Positions 32,564 to 44,113 of a stretch of DNA of 64,000 nucleotides are shown here, piece after piece (position 1 is the first letter of the stretch; each line of letters begins with the position of its first letter). The notes under the pieces are model-generated. The model had not been told where the DNA came from and did not search any database. It was given only the letters and a program-made list of their open reading frames with translations. The position numbers were made by a program, and so were the translations under genes. The DNA comes from Alphaproteobacteria bacterium (GTDB lineage Bacteria; Pseudomonadota; Alphaproteobacteria; JAAXGF01). The stretch lies in contig CAUVXB020000002.1 in the NCBI GenBank assembly GCA_963555825.3, positions 3,360,001 through 3,424,000 on the forward strand. Direction: 5' to 3'.

Positions 32564-33067
32564 TTCGGCTCCTGGGTAAACACGTATATAATTCCCAAAG
32601 GAAAGACCCCTGATTTTCGGGTGATGCGTGGTGAAAATCTCTTGGCATTTTGTGAAGTTAAATCGCCGCAGGACGATTGGCTTGATACACAGCTTGAGGA
32701 AGCCACCAATGGAGAGATTGTCGGGGGGCACCGAAAGGATCCAGTGTTTAATCGCCTGTCACGCATCGTCGAAAAAGCCACATCACAATTTGACGCTGTA
32801 AACGCGAGCCGTGATGTTCCAAACATCCTCATTCTGATCAACCATGACGATATGTCGTATTTCGGAGACTTACGAGAAACGATAAGCGGTATGTTTCATT
32901 CTGAGGATGGTTCGCGGCATCCGACAGTCCTGCCTGTCTCGGAAGGTAAGATCAAAGAGTTGAAAACTCGAATAGATGCGTACTTTTAGTACGACTTTGA
33001 ACCGAGACGCTGTCAACTACGGATGCTGAATGAGTTCTCTGAACACTTTGATGCAATATGTTCAATG

Positions 33068-33177
33068 CGTGCCTATCCGCTTTACGCATACACACACTAG
33101 GGGTAGATTGTGGGCGTAAAATGGCGAGTCAAAGCATCCTACATATAGTAGGTGTCTGCATTAACCGGATAGGCACG
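33068..33177. mobile_element. 110-bp MITE related to IS1595 type 1
   Basis: TIRs CGTGCCTATCCG / CGGATAGGCACG; 8-bp TSD GTTCAATG. Confidence 0.88.
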
Positions 33178-33611
33178 GTTCAATGTTCGAAATAGACAAA
33201 TCTAAAATCGTAAGATGACATGTAAGCTGGGATTCCCGGGATGGCTTCTCCCAACCGCCGGCAATGCTAGCAGAATGGGTATCCCAACCTATTGTACAAG
33301 CTCGCGAAGTGCTTAAGGGATGTAGGTGCGCTACACCCTGCCGCTGACCAAGCCGCAGAAGGCAGGCGTCGATCACGCGCTGGCGCTGATGAAGCTCTCG
33401 GGATACGGCCTGCCCCATCACTTCATGCAGACAGCTGAGGTGACGGTCTCGGGCCGGGAGTGCGCAAGCAGCTCATGAAAAGCGGTGATCCCCGTATGAT
33501 GATGCTTGCGCGACAGCGATCAGTGGGGCTGGTGGCCCACGATTGGGGCTGGCTACCCGCCCGCCGCCTGATCGCTCATCACGCGGCCTCTCGTTGCTGC
33601 CGTCTGATTAG

Positions 33612-36600
33612 CCGGGATTCCCCATATGAAACCCTCCCAGCCCGTTGAGTGTGACTCGAAACCGCTCGACGTTCAATTCGCCTTCGAATGACGGCCATCT
33701 TCGCGCCGATCCGGATGATTGAGGATCAATTGGCGGCGTTGGTGGCGCGGAATGGCATTTTTGCCGACGATCCGGGCGCACCGATCCTGTCGGCGGCGAC
33801 GCGAAGGAACGGGGTGCCGTCGCTCATGCCGGGGCTGGCGGCGGTCTGAGCCGGTCGATACGGCGCAGGATGTCGGCGAATAGGTCACGAGGAATGACAA
33901 CCTCGGCCATCTGGAACGTGACGTAGCGCCCGTGGCGCACGATCTTGAGCTATAACCGAATCTTGTGTACGGCGTTGAAATGAAGGCGGCGTATCCTGGT
34001 GATTGTTGATGTCACCACTTGAGCTAAGCCAAGGAAGGATACGCCATGAAAGAGAATACCGTTGTTGCTTTTCAAAACCCATCTGATTTTCAGAAAGATC
34101 CGTTGACGGAAGTCCTACAAGCTGGAGCTCGCGAGTTGTTGGCCCAAGCCGTTGAGGCCGAGGTCTCCGTGTTTTTGGGTAGCCATGCGGCGCTTGTTGA
34201 CGCCGCCGGCCGCCGCCGGGTTGTCCGCAATGGATATCTGCCGGAACGCTTCATCCAGACCGGGATCGGCCCGGTGAGCGTGCGCCAACCCCGTGTGCGG
34301 GACCGGGGGGACGGCGCCATCCGCTTCACGTCGGCGATCCTGCCGCGCTATCTGCGCCGCGCCAAGAGCCTGGAAGACCTTTTGCCATGGCTGTATCTGA
34401 AGGGCATTTCCACCGGCGACTTCGGGGAAGCCTTGGCGGCGCTCCTGGGGAGCTCCGCGCCGGGGCTTTCGGCCTCCACGATCACCCGGCTGAAAGAGGT
34501 CTGGGGGGTTGAGGCGGAGCGCTGGCAACGGCGCGACCTCACGGCCAAGCGCTACGTCTATTTCTGGGTGGACGGCATCTATTTCAGCGCCCGCATGGAG
34601 GAAGAGAAGCAGTGCATCCTGGTGATCGTCGGGGCCACGGACAAGGGACAGAAGGAACTGATCGCCATCGCCGACGGCTATCGCGAAAGTGAGCAGTCCT
34701 GGCTCGAAGTTCTGCTCGATCTCAAGCGGCGCGGCCTTGAAATGGGTCCGCAACTGGCGCTCGGCGACGGCGCGCTCGGCTTCTGGAAGGCGCTCCGCCA
34801 AGTCTACCCAGGCGCCCGCGAGCAACGCTGCTGGGTTCACAAGACGGGCAACGTCTTGAACAAGCTGCCCAAGGGTCTGCAAAAGAAAGCCAAGGGGCGC
34901 CTGCAAGACATCTGGATGGCCGAAACCAGGAAGGATGCCGAGAGCGCCTTCGACTTCTTCCTGGAAGCCTACGGGCCGAAGTACGACAAGGCCGCGGCCT
35001 GCCTGGCCAAGGACCGCGACGTCCTGCTGACGTTCTACGACTTCCCCGCCGAGCACTGGAAGCATGTACGCACGACCAACCCCATCGAGAGCACGTTCGC
35101 CACGGTTCGTCTGCGCACCTACCGGACCAAGGGCTGCCTGTCGCGCAAGACGGCGATGGCCATGGTCTTCAAACTATGCCAGTGCGCTCAGAGAAAATGG
35201 AGAAAACTCGATGGATCGAACCATCTCGCCGAGATCATTCGCGGCGTCAAATTCGTAGATGGAGAACGCCAGGATCGCGCCGCCGCATGATCAGCCCATA
35301 CACAACTTTTGACAATAGCTCCACGATCTTCGCTCCGATCTTGATGAGCTTCTCTCGCAGGCTGGTCAGTGACCACTGTTCCACGGCATCGGGCAGCGCG
35401 AGGGTGCGCATGAAGTTGCCGAGGTTGTAGGCGAGCGCGTGAAGCTGGAGGCGAACGGCATTGTGGTCGAACCTGCGGCACGACAGGCGTGTCCACCGGA
35501 TCGCGTTTTTGCCCTCCTTGATCCATTGCTCAGCCGTGCCGCGCTGATTATAGAACGCGACCACCCGCTCGGCGGGGCGGCCCAGGTTGGTGACAATGAA
35601 CCCGACCCGCGGGTACAACTCACCCGGATGCCACTCGACCTTGGCGACGACGCGGCGGGGCTTGTCCCAGGTTCCGGCCTGATAACTGAAGCTGGCATGA
35701 TACCGGCGCACGTCCTTGGGCGGCCTGCCGACGGGGCGCTTCAGGAGATGAGCGATGCTCTCTTGCAGCACCTTGTTGGCGGGCAGCCGGATGGCGTAGA
35801 GCATTCCTTCGGCTTCGAGGTAGTCGTAGATCTCCGGTGAGGCGAAGGCCGCATCGCCGCGGAAGTAGAGGCGGATGGCTCGTTCCTTGTAACGTTCGAC
35901 CACTGGTACCAGGACGTCACGCCATCCGTGGGCGCTGTGCACGTTGCCGGGGCGCAGCGCGCAACGCTCCAGGTCGCCGAACTGGTTGAACACGAACAGC
36001 GGGTGATAGCAGGTGCAGCCGAAGTGGCCGTTATAGGCCGTGCCCTCCTGCTCACCGAATGTCGGGCTGACGGAGCTGTCCATTTCGAGCACGACGCGCC
36101 TCGGCGGATCGTGGTCGTGACCCCGGTCGATCCACATCCCCGACAGGTCCGCAAGGGCCGCGAGGTTCTCGTTGTTCGCCAGCAGCTCGGTCTCGAACCG
36201 CCCCATCTGGCTGGTCGGTGCCCCGCCGCGCTCGACCGCCTTGCCGCCGACGATCCAGCGCATCGCGGGATCACGCCCGAGCCGGTCGGCGTCGTTGACA
36301 TCCTCGTAGCCGGCGAGACGGCCATAGACGGACTGGCGAAGGAGACTGACGATGCCGTGCCAGCCGTTCCTGCCCGTACGGCTATCCGCGAGCACGCCGC
36401 CCGCCAGTGCGGTCAGCCCGAGCGCGTCGTCCAGTTCGCGATAAGCGAGCAACCCCGCATCGGAGGTCACCCGCGATCCGTGGAACTCCAGTTTCAGGCG
36501 GCGGCCGAAAAGGGGCCGGAGTGGCCCATGATCCGATTCACCCTCCGGGTTCCGCATCCGAGCCACCCTCCGACACCCTCAAGCCAGTGATTCTTATAGC

Positions 36601-36625
36601 AGAATCGTGCCAATCCGGCATCAGG
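33612..36625 (-). mobile_element. IS1380-family element split by IS256 (transposase about 33824..36566)
   Basis: TSDAGLL, GYEDVND, RGDAAF, AEQWIKEGK; frame rejoins at KIV|RHGRYVTFQ. Confidence 0.88.
33947..35321 (+). mobile_element. IS256-family IS type 2 (transposase 34046..35290), 9-bp TSD
   Basis: TIRs GAGCTATAACCGAATCTTGTGTA / TACACAACTTTTGACAATAGCTC; TSD CACGATCTT; RNGY, WVDG, GDGALG, QRCWVHK, TTNPIES. Confidence 0.94.
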
Positions 36626-36664
36626 CGGTCGTGATCCTCTTCCCCGATCGCGACGTCGCATGTC

Positions 36665-36797
36665 GGTTCGCTTGAGCAGCTGGTGCCCAAGGATCACGTC
36701 CTGGCCCGTGTGGACCGTGTTCTCGATCTGGGCTGGCTGCACGAGGAGGTAGCGGACTGCTATTGTCCGGGCAACGGCCGCCCGGGTATCGGACTAG
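36665..36797 (+). pseudogene. IS1182/IS5 DUF772 N-terminal scrap
   Basis: GSLEQLVPKDHVLARVDRVLDL...YCPGNGRPGI. Confidence 0.65.
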
Positions 36798-36798
36798 T

Positions 36799-38109
36799 CT
36801 ACCTTTGAGTGAGCTTGAACTCGATGCGACGGTTTCGGCGATAAGCTATTTCGTCGCCGCGATCATCGATCGGTTGGAATTCACCAAAGCCGGTCGCAGC
36901 TAATCGGGTGGGCGCGATACCTACGCCTACCAGGAACTCAACAACCGATACCGCGCGGGCGGTTGACAACTCCCAATTCGATGAAAAATGCTCGGTAACG
37001 ATGGGAGCTCGGTCAGTGTGGCCATCAACGCGCAGTATCCAATCGACATCTGCAGGAATAAGCGCCGCTAACTGCTTGATCACGAGGGCGAGTTGGTTGA
37101 GTTTCCGCGTTCCGGATTTGCCGATCCGCGCCGAGCCCGATGCAAATAGTTTTTCGGACTGAAGCACGAAACGATCGCCTACCACGCGTACATCGCTTTG
37201 GTCACCGAGCACGTCCTGCAGACGACCGAAGAACTCTGACCGATACTTTGCGAGTTCCCGCACCCTTCCGGCAAGTGCTGCGTTCAACCGCCGGCCAAGC
37301 TCATCGTTATTTTCTTTCTGGGCAGCCTCGCGAATCCGCGCCTGTGCAAGCGCGGCCTTGAATTCCTTAAGGTCGGCGCGGAGCGCCGCAACTTGATTGC
37401 TGAGGGTCACAATCTCGGCTTGCCGCCGACCGATCTCGCTGGTGCCCAGGTCAATCGCAGCGTGTGCGGATTTTAGATCGGCATTGAGGGCGGAGCGTTC
37501 TCGACGGAGCGCGGACACGGTCTCGGTTAGGGTGTTGCCCTGCCGAGCGAGAGCGTCGCGGACAGCGCGTTCGCTCTCCATCTCAACCGTCAACGCCGCG
37601 AGTTGAAGCTGAAGGTCGTTCAATTGTTGTTTGGTCCGTTGCTTGGCGGATTTGAATTCGTTCTCAAGCGTCGTTCGAGCGCTGGTCATTTTATTGAGCT
37701 GTTGCTTGAGCGCACTGGCCTCGACCACGAGTGCCCCACTGACGCCCCGCTCACTTTTTAGTTCTTCAGTTACTGCAGCGAGTTGCTGCTGCATTTCACG
37801 TGTGGCGGCAAGGGAGGATTTTTCTAGTGTGCGGTGCGCATCGCTGATTTCGCCAAGTTGCCATTGGAGCATAGTGTTCTTTGCTCGTAGCGCTTCGTTT
37901 TGCGCTTCGATCTCGGTAAGGCGGACGATGGCCCGCTCGACTTGGCTCATTAAATATTTCAGCTCCCCCCGCCTCGCGGTTGTGTTTTCGACAACGGCTC
38001 TAGCGCGTTCGATTGGTTCTGAGGCCGTGGGTTTCCCGGCCGTGGGAGGGCCGATGGTGGCCAATAGAACTATGGCAAAGAATTTGAATGCATGCCGGGT
38101 TTGCATCAT
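36799..38109 (-). CDS. Coiled-coil protein with C-terminal OmpA/MotB-like peptidoglycan-binding domain
   Basis: Hydrophobic N-terminus, long heptad region, LF.SGSA, VDGHTD, NWELSTARA, NRRIE. Confidence 0.85.
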   Translation of the reverse strand: MMQTRHAFKFFAIVLLATIGPPTAGKPTASEPIERARAVVENTTARRGELKYLMSQVERAIVRLTEIEAQNEALRAKNTMLQWQLGEISDAHRTLEKSSLAATREMQQQLAAVTEELKSERGVSGALVVEASALKQQLNKMTSARTTLENEFKSAKQRTKQQLNDLQLQLAALTVEMESERAVRDALARQGNTLTETVSALRRERSALNADLKSAHAAIDLGTSEIGRRQAEIVTLSNQVAALRADLKEFKAALAQARIREAAQKENNDELGRRLNAALAGRVRELAKYRSEFFGRLQDVLGDQSDVRVVGDRFVLQSEKLFASGSARIGKSGTRKLNQLALVIKQLAALIPADVDWILRVDGHTDRAPIVTEHFSSNWELSTARAVSVVEFLVGVGIAPTRLAATGFGEFQPIDDRGDEIAYRRNRRIEFKLTQR

Positions 38110-38215
38110 CTGGAATCCACCCCATTCTCTCCGGTTCCTCGAGGGGTCTTGAGATCCTCCCGCTCCTAATTTCCTTGGCTGGGATTTCCCATATAGAACC
38201 CTCCAGACCAGTAGA

Positions 38216-39856
38216 CCGACATTCCCCAGATGCCCTTCAAATTCATGGAAATCATACCACCGTTCCACCACCAAGGGAACGGCATCCCTTCCGCAGCCAT
38301 CCGATGGCTTGATTCTGGAGATTGGTCCTCGTCCGGAAGGCCATTACCCGGATTTTCCGCCATTCAGACAGACCCCTCCTGTCGTTTTCACCTGGCCATC
38401 GATTTTCCCGGCCTACACCGGAACGGGTCTTCGTCGTAGATCATCGATCAGACTCAGGATATTCCGGAACAGTTCCCTCGGCACCGCGACCTCGGCCAAT
38501 TGGAACGTGACGTAGCGGCCATGGCTGACCACCTTGGCGCCGATCTTGACCAGCTTCTCCCGTAGCGTGGTCAGCGACCAGTGCTCGATCTCCTTCGGCA
38601 AGGCCAGCATCCGCATGAAGTTGGCGAGATTGTAGGCCAGGGCATGAAGCTGGAGCCGGACAGCATTGTCGCGGAACTTGCGGCACGACAATCGCGTCCA
38701 TTTGATCGCGTTCTTGCCTTCCTTGATGTATTGCTCCGCCTTGCCCCGCTGATTGTAGAACCAAGTCACCCGCTCGGCGGAACGGGACAAGTTGGTGAGG
38801 ATGAAGCCGACACGGGGAACCAGTTCACCGGGATGCCATTCAACCTTGGCCACGACACGACGCTTTCTGTCCCAACTTCCAGCCCGGTAGCTGAAGCTGG
38901 CGTAATAGCGCCGCACATGGTTGGGCGGACGACCGACGGGGCGGGTCAGCAGGTGGGCAATGCTTTCCTGAAGAATTTGGTTCTTCGGCAACCGGATCGC
39001 GTAGAGAAAACCCTCACTTTCCAGGAACTCGTAGATGTCCGGTGCGGCAAAGGCGGCGTCCCCTCGGAAGTAGCGGCGCAGGTTCCGTTCCCGATAACGC
39101 TCAACGACCGGTTCCAGAACCTCACGCCAACCGTCGGCACTGTGGACATTGCCGGGGCGAAGGGAACACCGCTCCAGATCGCCGAACTGGTTGAACAGGA
39201 ATAGTGGATGGTAGCAGGTGCAGCCGAAGTGACCATTGTACGCCGCTCCCTCTTGTTCGCCATGGGTCGGGCTGACGCTTGAGTCCATGTCGAGGATGAT
39301 CATCTTCGGTGGGCGGCGGTCATGAACCTTGTCGATCCACGCCCCGTTCATCCCAGCCAGGACTTCGATGTTCGCATCGGTCGCCAGAAGCTCCGTCTCG
39401 AACCGCCCCATCTGGCTGGTGGACGCGGCCTGTCTGTCCACGGCCTTGCCACCAACAATCCACCGCATGGCGGGATCACGTCCGAGACGGTCGGCGTCGT
39501 TTACGTCCTCATAACCACCAAGGCGACCAAACACCGACTGACGGAACTGCCCCGTCATGCCGTGCCATCCGTTCTTGCCGGTACGGCTGTCCTGAAAAAT
39601 ATCCCCGGCAACCTCGGTCAGGCCAAGGGCATCATCAAGCTCCCGATAGACCAGCAACCCGCCGTCGGAAGTGATCTGGGAGCCGTGAAATTCGAGCTTC
39701 AGGCGGCGGTCGAAATCGACCCGAAGGCCGTCCCGTTTCGATTCACCCATCGGGTGTGCCATGCAAACCACTCCATCAACGCCTCAACATATTGATTCTT
39801 ATAGCAGAATCTCCATCTCAGGGCATCGAATATCGAGTTCACTTGGGAAATGGGGG
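38216..39856 (-). mobile_element. Intact IS1380-family IS (transposase 38413..39762)
   Basis: Ends CCGACATTCCCCAGAT / ACTTGGGAAATGGGGG; LDMDSS, RGDAAF, EQYIKEGK. Confidence 0.92.
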
Positions 39857-40099
39857 GTAGAATGTCAGGGGAATCGGATAGATGAATTTATCCTGCGATG
39901 AGGCTTTGGGGGAAGTCGTCGCCCCATGTTGCCAGGCTTCGTCTAACACGGAGATTGTCTTTACCGGTAGCGCTGGTCTGCCCCCGTTGAGTAGTCCAGT
40001 CCGATTGTCTGTTGTTAAGCGCGCCTTGTTGACCCCTCGCAATCCAGCGAGATCAATGGATTACCGCGCCGATCGGCACCGAACCCATGCGCCGATCAA

Positions 40100-40350
40100 C
40101 ACCAGTGCGGTCAGCCCGAGCGCATCGTCCAGTTCGCGATAAGCGAGCAACCCCGCATCGGAGGCCCCCCGCGATCCGTGGAACTCCAGTTTCAGGCGGC
40201 GGTCGTAAAGGGGCCGGAGTGGCCCATGATCCGATTCACCCTCTGGGTTCCGCATCCGAGCCACCCTCCGACACCCTCAAGCCAGTGATTCTTATAGCAG
40301 AATCGTGCCAATCATGCATCAGGCGAAGCGGTCGCTTGGGAAATGCGGGG
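40100..40350 (-). mobile_element. IS1380 left-end remnant
   Basis: Near-identical to about 36404-36625, with end CTTGGGAAATGCGGG. Confidence 0.8.
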
Positions 40351-40655
40351 TAAGAGGATAAATTTCGGGATTCTATCGTTGCCCGACGAGTTCCAACAGA
40401 AGGGGGATGTTTCGTGCTCCCAAAAGATTTAGTCGGCTGCGTTAGTAGAATCGGATCGAAATGCTGTGCTTTTCGTAGGTTTTTGTGAGGCCGAGAAAAG
40501 CGTCACGACAGGCGTGTCCCCAAATGAGCGCGGTCGGCAGTTATTTTCCAATGCAGAGTGATGATCCCGCCACCCCCAGCGTCAACATTGAGCCTTTCGA
40601 TCCCAGGCGCTCTGGTCCAGAGACACACCGCACCGTCGATTGCAGATGGAAGCCT

Positions 40656-41831
40656 TCATGGTGCAGGCTCCGGTACGGTGGGCGCTCTGTTCATGATCCT
40701 CGCCATCACTCCGCCGATGCGGTCGGCAGCGGCCTCGACGTCCCGGTCGCTGACGTGCGCGTAGCGCAGCGTCATTTGCACCTGGGCGTGGCCGAGCAGA
40801 CGCGCCACCACCGGCAGCGGAATACCTTGCATCGCCGCCTGACTGGCAAATGTATGTCTGAGATCGTGAAGGCGCACATCCTCGATACCGGCCAGCTTCC
40901 GCACCCTCTTCCACAGGCTGAGATCGACGCGCGCCCGCGCCGGATTCACCGGTGAGGGAAACACCCAGGGGCTTCCCGACCTTGGCTGCTGCTCGATAAT
41001 GGCGCGCGCCTCCGGGCTCAGCAACACTTGTCTCGGGCCGGTCTTGCTGTCCTCGAGCTCAAGGGTGTCGTCCTCAACTTCCCGCCACCGCAGCTTCAAC
41101 ATCTCGCCCGAGCGGCAACCGGTCAGCAACAGCAGGCGAATGATGTCCGCCTGTGCCTTGCATGAAGGCCGTCTGGGTTCGTATCCGTCCAACACTTCAT
41201 GGAGACGGCCGATTTCCTCGCGCGACAGGAAGCGGGTGAGCTTGGGGCGCGGATTCTTCTTTACGCCCCGGGTCGGGTTGGTCTCGATGTGTCCCCGGGA
41301 AATTGCATGGTTCATGATCTGCCGGAACACGAGCAACGCCGAGTTCGCGCCGCCGGGTGCTGTTGCACTGTACCCCTCGAACCATCGGATAACACCTGTC
41401 CTGTCGATCCCGTCGAGCGGCATGGCGCCGAAAACGGGCAGCAGCTGATTGTTCAAGGCCCAGTCTTTTGACGTCTTTGTCGATGGTTTACAGGGCTCAT
41501 ACCACGCCGCTCTCCACGACCCCGCGACAAAGTCCCGGAACAGTGGAGCCTGCGCGTCGTCGGCGCCTTCCGCCCGCCCACCCGACTGCATTATTCCCCA
41601 GACCTCCATGCAGTCGCGCCGGGCCTCGTCGACGCTCCCGAGCGCTACCTGCCCAAGCGTGAACCTCCGGGATTGGCCTTCGGCATAACGATGATACACG
41701 TAGCTCTTGTGCCCCGTCGGCCTGATCCGGACCCCGAACCCCAAGATACGGGTGTCCCAAACCGTGTATTCGACATCCCCGGCTCTGAGCTTGCCGATCC
41801 TCGCATCGGTCAGCTTGATCCTCCTTGCCAT
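40656..41831 (-). CDS. Tyrosine recombinase/integrase with arm-binding N-terminus, intact
   Basis: WD...GFGVR arm domain; TGCR, SKTG, HDLRH, LLGH, RY catalytic residues. Confidence 0.92.
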   Translation of the reverse strand: MARRIKLTDARIGKLRAGDVEYTVWDTRILGFGVRIRPTGHKSYVYHRYAEGQSRRFTLGQVALGSVDEARRDCMEVWGIMQSGGRAEGADDAQAPLFRDFVAGSWRAAWYEPCKPSTKTSKDWALNNQLLPVFGAMPLDGIDRTGVIRWFEGYSATAPGGANSALLVFRQIMNHAISRGHIETNPTRGVKKNPRPKLTRFLSREEIGRLHEVLDGYEPRRPSCKAQADIIRLLLLTGCRSGEMLKLRWREVEDDTLELEDSKTGPRQVLLSPEARAIIEQQPRSGSPWVFPSPVNPARARVDLSLWKRVRKLAGIEDVRLHDLRHTFASQAAMQGIPLPVVARLLGHAQVQMTLRYAHVSDRDVEAAADRIGGVMARIMNRAPTVPEPAP

Positions 41832-41834
41832 GGC

Positions 41835-44113
41835 TCATGCCCTCCGCAGGACCGACGAGACGGCATCGACCGCCTCACGGGCCGCCGCATCGGCGAAGTT
41901 GGTGTATTTGAGCGTGGTTCCCGGATGGTCGTGCCCCAGCAACCGGCCTATGGTCAGCACAGTTTCGCCATGCATGAGGGCAATGCTGGCGTAGGTGTGC
42001 CGCAGATCGTGCGGCCGGACATCCCGAAGGCCGGCTTCCGTCCGCACGTCCTGCCAGAAATCGGTGATTCCCGAGAGATGGTCCAAGTTCCGCCAATGCG
42101 AGGGAAAGACCCATGCGCTTTTCCTCGGCAGCCGGTCCAGGACCTCCCGCGCGGCAGACGACAGCCAGACCGTGCGTGGCCCGCTCTTGCTATCCCGAAG
42201 GAAGAGCTTGCCTTCCCGGTAATCCCGCCATTTAAGGGTCAGAAGTTCGCCCTTGCGGCACCCCGTCAGTAACAGCAGCCGGATAACGGCCGCCTGGAAC
42301 GGACGCGCTTCGTCATACCGGTTCAGAACCTCGACGACGCGGCGGATCTCCTCCGGCGACAGGAAGCGTTCCCGCGCGCGGCGGCGGTAACGCTTGATAC
42401 CTTTGCAAGGGTTGAGTCGGACCCGATTTCCTTGGACACAGAATTGGCTTAATCGAAGTGTCCAAGGAGGACCGGAACATGACCGACAATTTTGAGAACA
42501 AAGTTGCTGTTGATGGGCCTGTGGTAAACGAGGGCGAGCTTGGCTCGTCCACGTTTTCCCCGGGCCAGGTTTCGCCGGCAGGCCCGCTGGGACTTGGCCA
42601 GCGGTGGACGGTGACGCGCAAGCGTGAGGTTGCCCTGCGGCTTTTGCGTGGCGAGCCGGTGGAACTTTTGTCGCGGCAGTTGGGCGTGGAGATTTTCCGG
42701 CTCGAGCAGTGGCGTGAGAAGGCGATCGCCGGGATCGATGCCTCGCTCAAGGAACGCAAGGGCGATCCGGTGAAGGCGGAACTGGACATCGCCATGAAGC
42801 GGATCGGGGAGTTGATCATGCAGGTGGAACTGCTGGAGGCCAAGACGGAGACGTCCGGCCCTTTGGGGCGGCGGAGGTCGCGGCGATGAGTGCCGCCACC
42901 TCTCCCGGCACGGGTTTGGCCTACGGCCTCCAGCGGGTCTGTGCGGCCTGGGGTTTTGCCCGTTCCTCGTTCTACGCCATGAAATCCCGGCAGCAGGCCA
43001 CCGCTGAGCGCCCACCAGCAAAGCGCCGGGGACCGAAGCCCTCGATCTCGGACGAGGCTCTGCTGGTGGCCATCGAGGCCGACCTGGAGGCATCCCCCTG
43101 GGAGGGCGAGGGGCACCGCAAGGTCTGGGCTCGGCTTCGGGTCTGTCGTGGCATCCGTGTTTCCCGCAAGCGGGTGCTCCGGGTGATGCGCGAGAACAAC
43201 CTGCTCTCGCCCCATCGCTGCCGCCGCCGTGGCGGAAATCCCCATGTCGGTGAGATCATCACCCATGCCCCCAACCTCATGTGGGGCACGGACGGCGTTC
43301 GGGTGTTCACGGTGGACGACGGCTGGGGCTGGATATTCACCGCCATCGAGCATTGGAACGCCGAGTGCGTCGGCTGGCATGTGTGCAAGCGAGGCGACCG
43401 CTTCGCCGCCCTTCAGCCGATCTCCATGGGGCTTGCGAGGCTGTATGCCTCGACCTCCGCCGGTGCGGCGCGGGGGCTGGCCTTGCGGATGGATCACGGC
43501 TCCCAGTATCTGTCGGACCACTTCACCAACCAGATCAAGTTCTGGGGCATCCAGCCGTCCTACGCCTTCGTCGAACAGCCCCAGACCAACGGCGTCGCCG
43601 AGAGGTTCAATCGCACGCTCAAGGAACAGATCATCCATGGCCGCATCTACCGCAACATCGCGGAGCTGCGGAACGCCGTCCGCGGGTTCGTCGAACAGTA
43701 CAATGCCCAGTGGATCGTGGAGAAGAACGGCTACCTGAGCCCCGCTCAAGCTCGTCAGGCGTGGCACACCGCGATGTCACTCAGGCCCGCCGCATGAGAC
43801 AAACTTGTGTCCAAGGAACCGGGTGCGATACAACCTTTGCAAGGGTTACTGTCCTCCGGTCGGTATCCGTATACCTCGGCCTGCCGCAGAATGACCGATA
43901 GCACCGGCAGCGAACGGTTAGCCGAGGCCGGTTTCGCGTGAAGGGACTCGAACCATTCCAGCACATCCCGCCGCGTAATGCCGGCGACCGGCCGCCCCTT
44001 GAACCATGGCTGGATATTGTTCTCGTAGTAGTTCAGGTTGACGGCGAGCGTGCGCGGCTTCCAGTGCCTCCGGTAATACGCGAACACCTCCTCGGCGACC
44101 GCCTCGAAAGCGA
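41835..44113 (-). pseudogene. Second tandem tyrosine recombinase, IS-split and 5'-truncated
   Basis: NPCKG|IKRY rejoin across the IS; TGCRKGE, HDLRH, LLGH, KY; cut by the IS256 end at 44114. Confidence 0.85.
42413..43832 (+). mobile_element. Two-ORF IS3/IS481-like IS, copy 3, 14-bp TSD
   Basis: TSD ACCTTTGCAAGGGT at 42399-42412 and 43833-43846. Confidence 0.92.

Larger units (their letters stand above)
29705..32596 (+). mobile_element. IS1595-family cargo transposon (2892 bp)
   Basis: Perfect TIR GGGAATTATATACGTGTTTACCCA; TSD AAAGGAAA at 29697-29704 and 32597-32604. Confidence 0.92.
29601..32989 (+). pseudogene. PD-(D/E)XK nuclease-like gene split by an IS1595 cargo transposon
   Basis: Rejoined: MKPEERVDLDIAAKLLQSHGLTPKRFTKAERRKGK-TPDFRVMRGENLLAFCEVKSPQDD. 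Confidence 0.65.

Noticed and set aside
36799-38109. Zorya ZorB or flagellar MotB
   Set aside because: No MotA/ZorA partner or flagellar genes nearby, and the long coiled coil does not fit.
40350-40655. tRNA/att site next to the integrase
   Set aside because: No cloverleaf, T-loop plus CCA, or direct repeat recognised.
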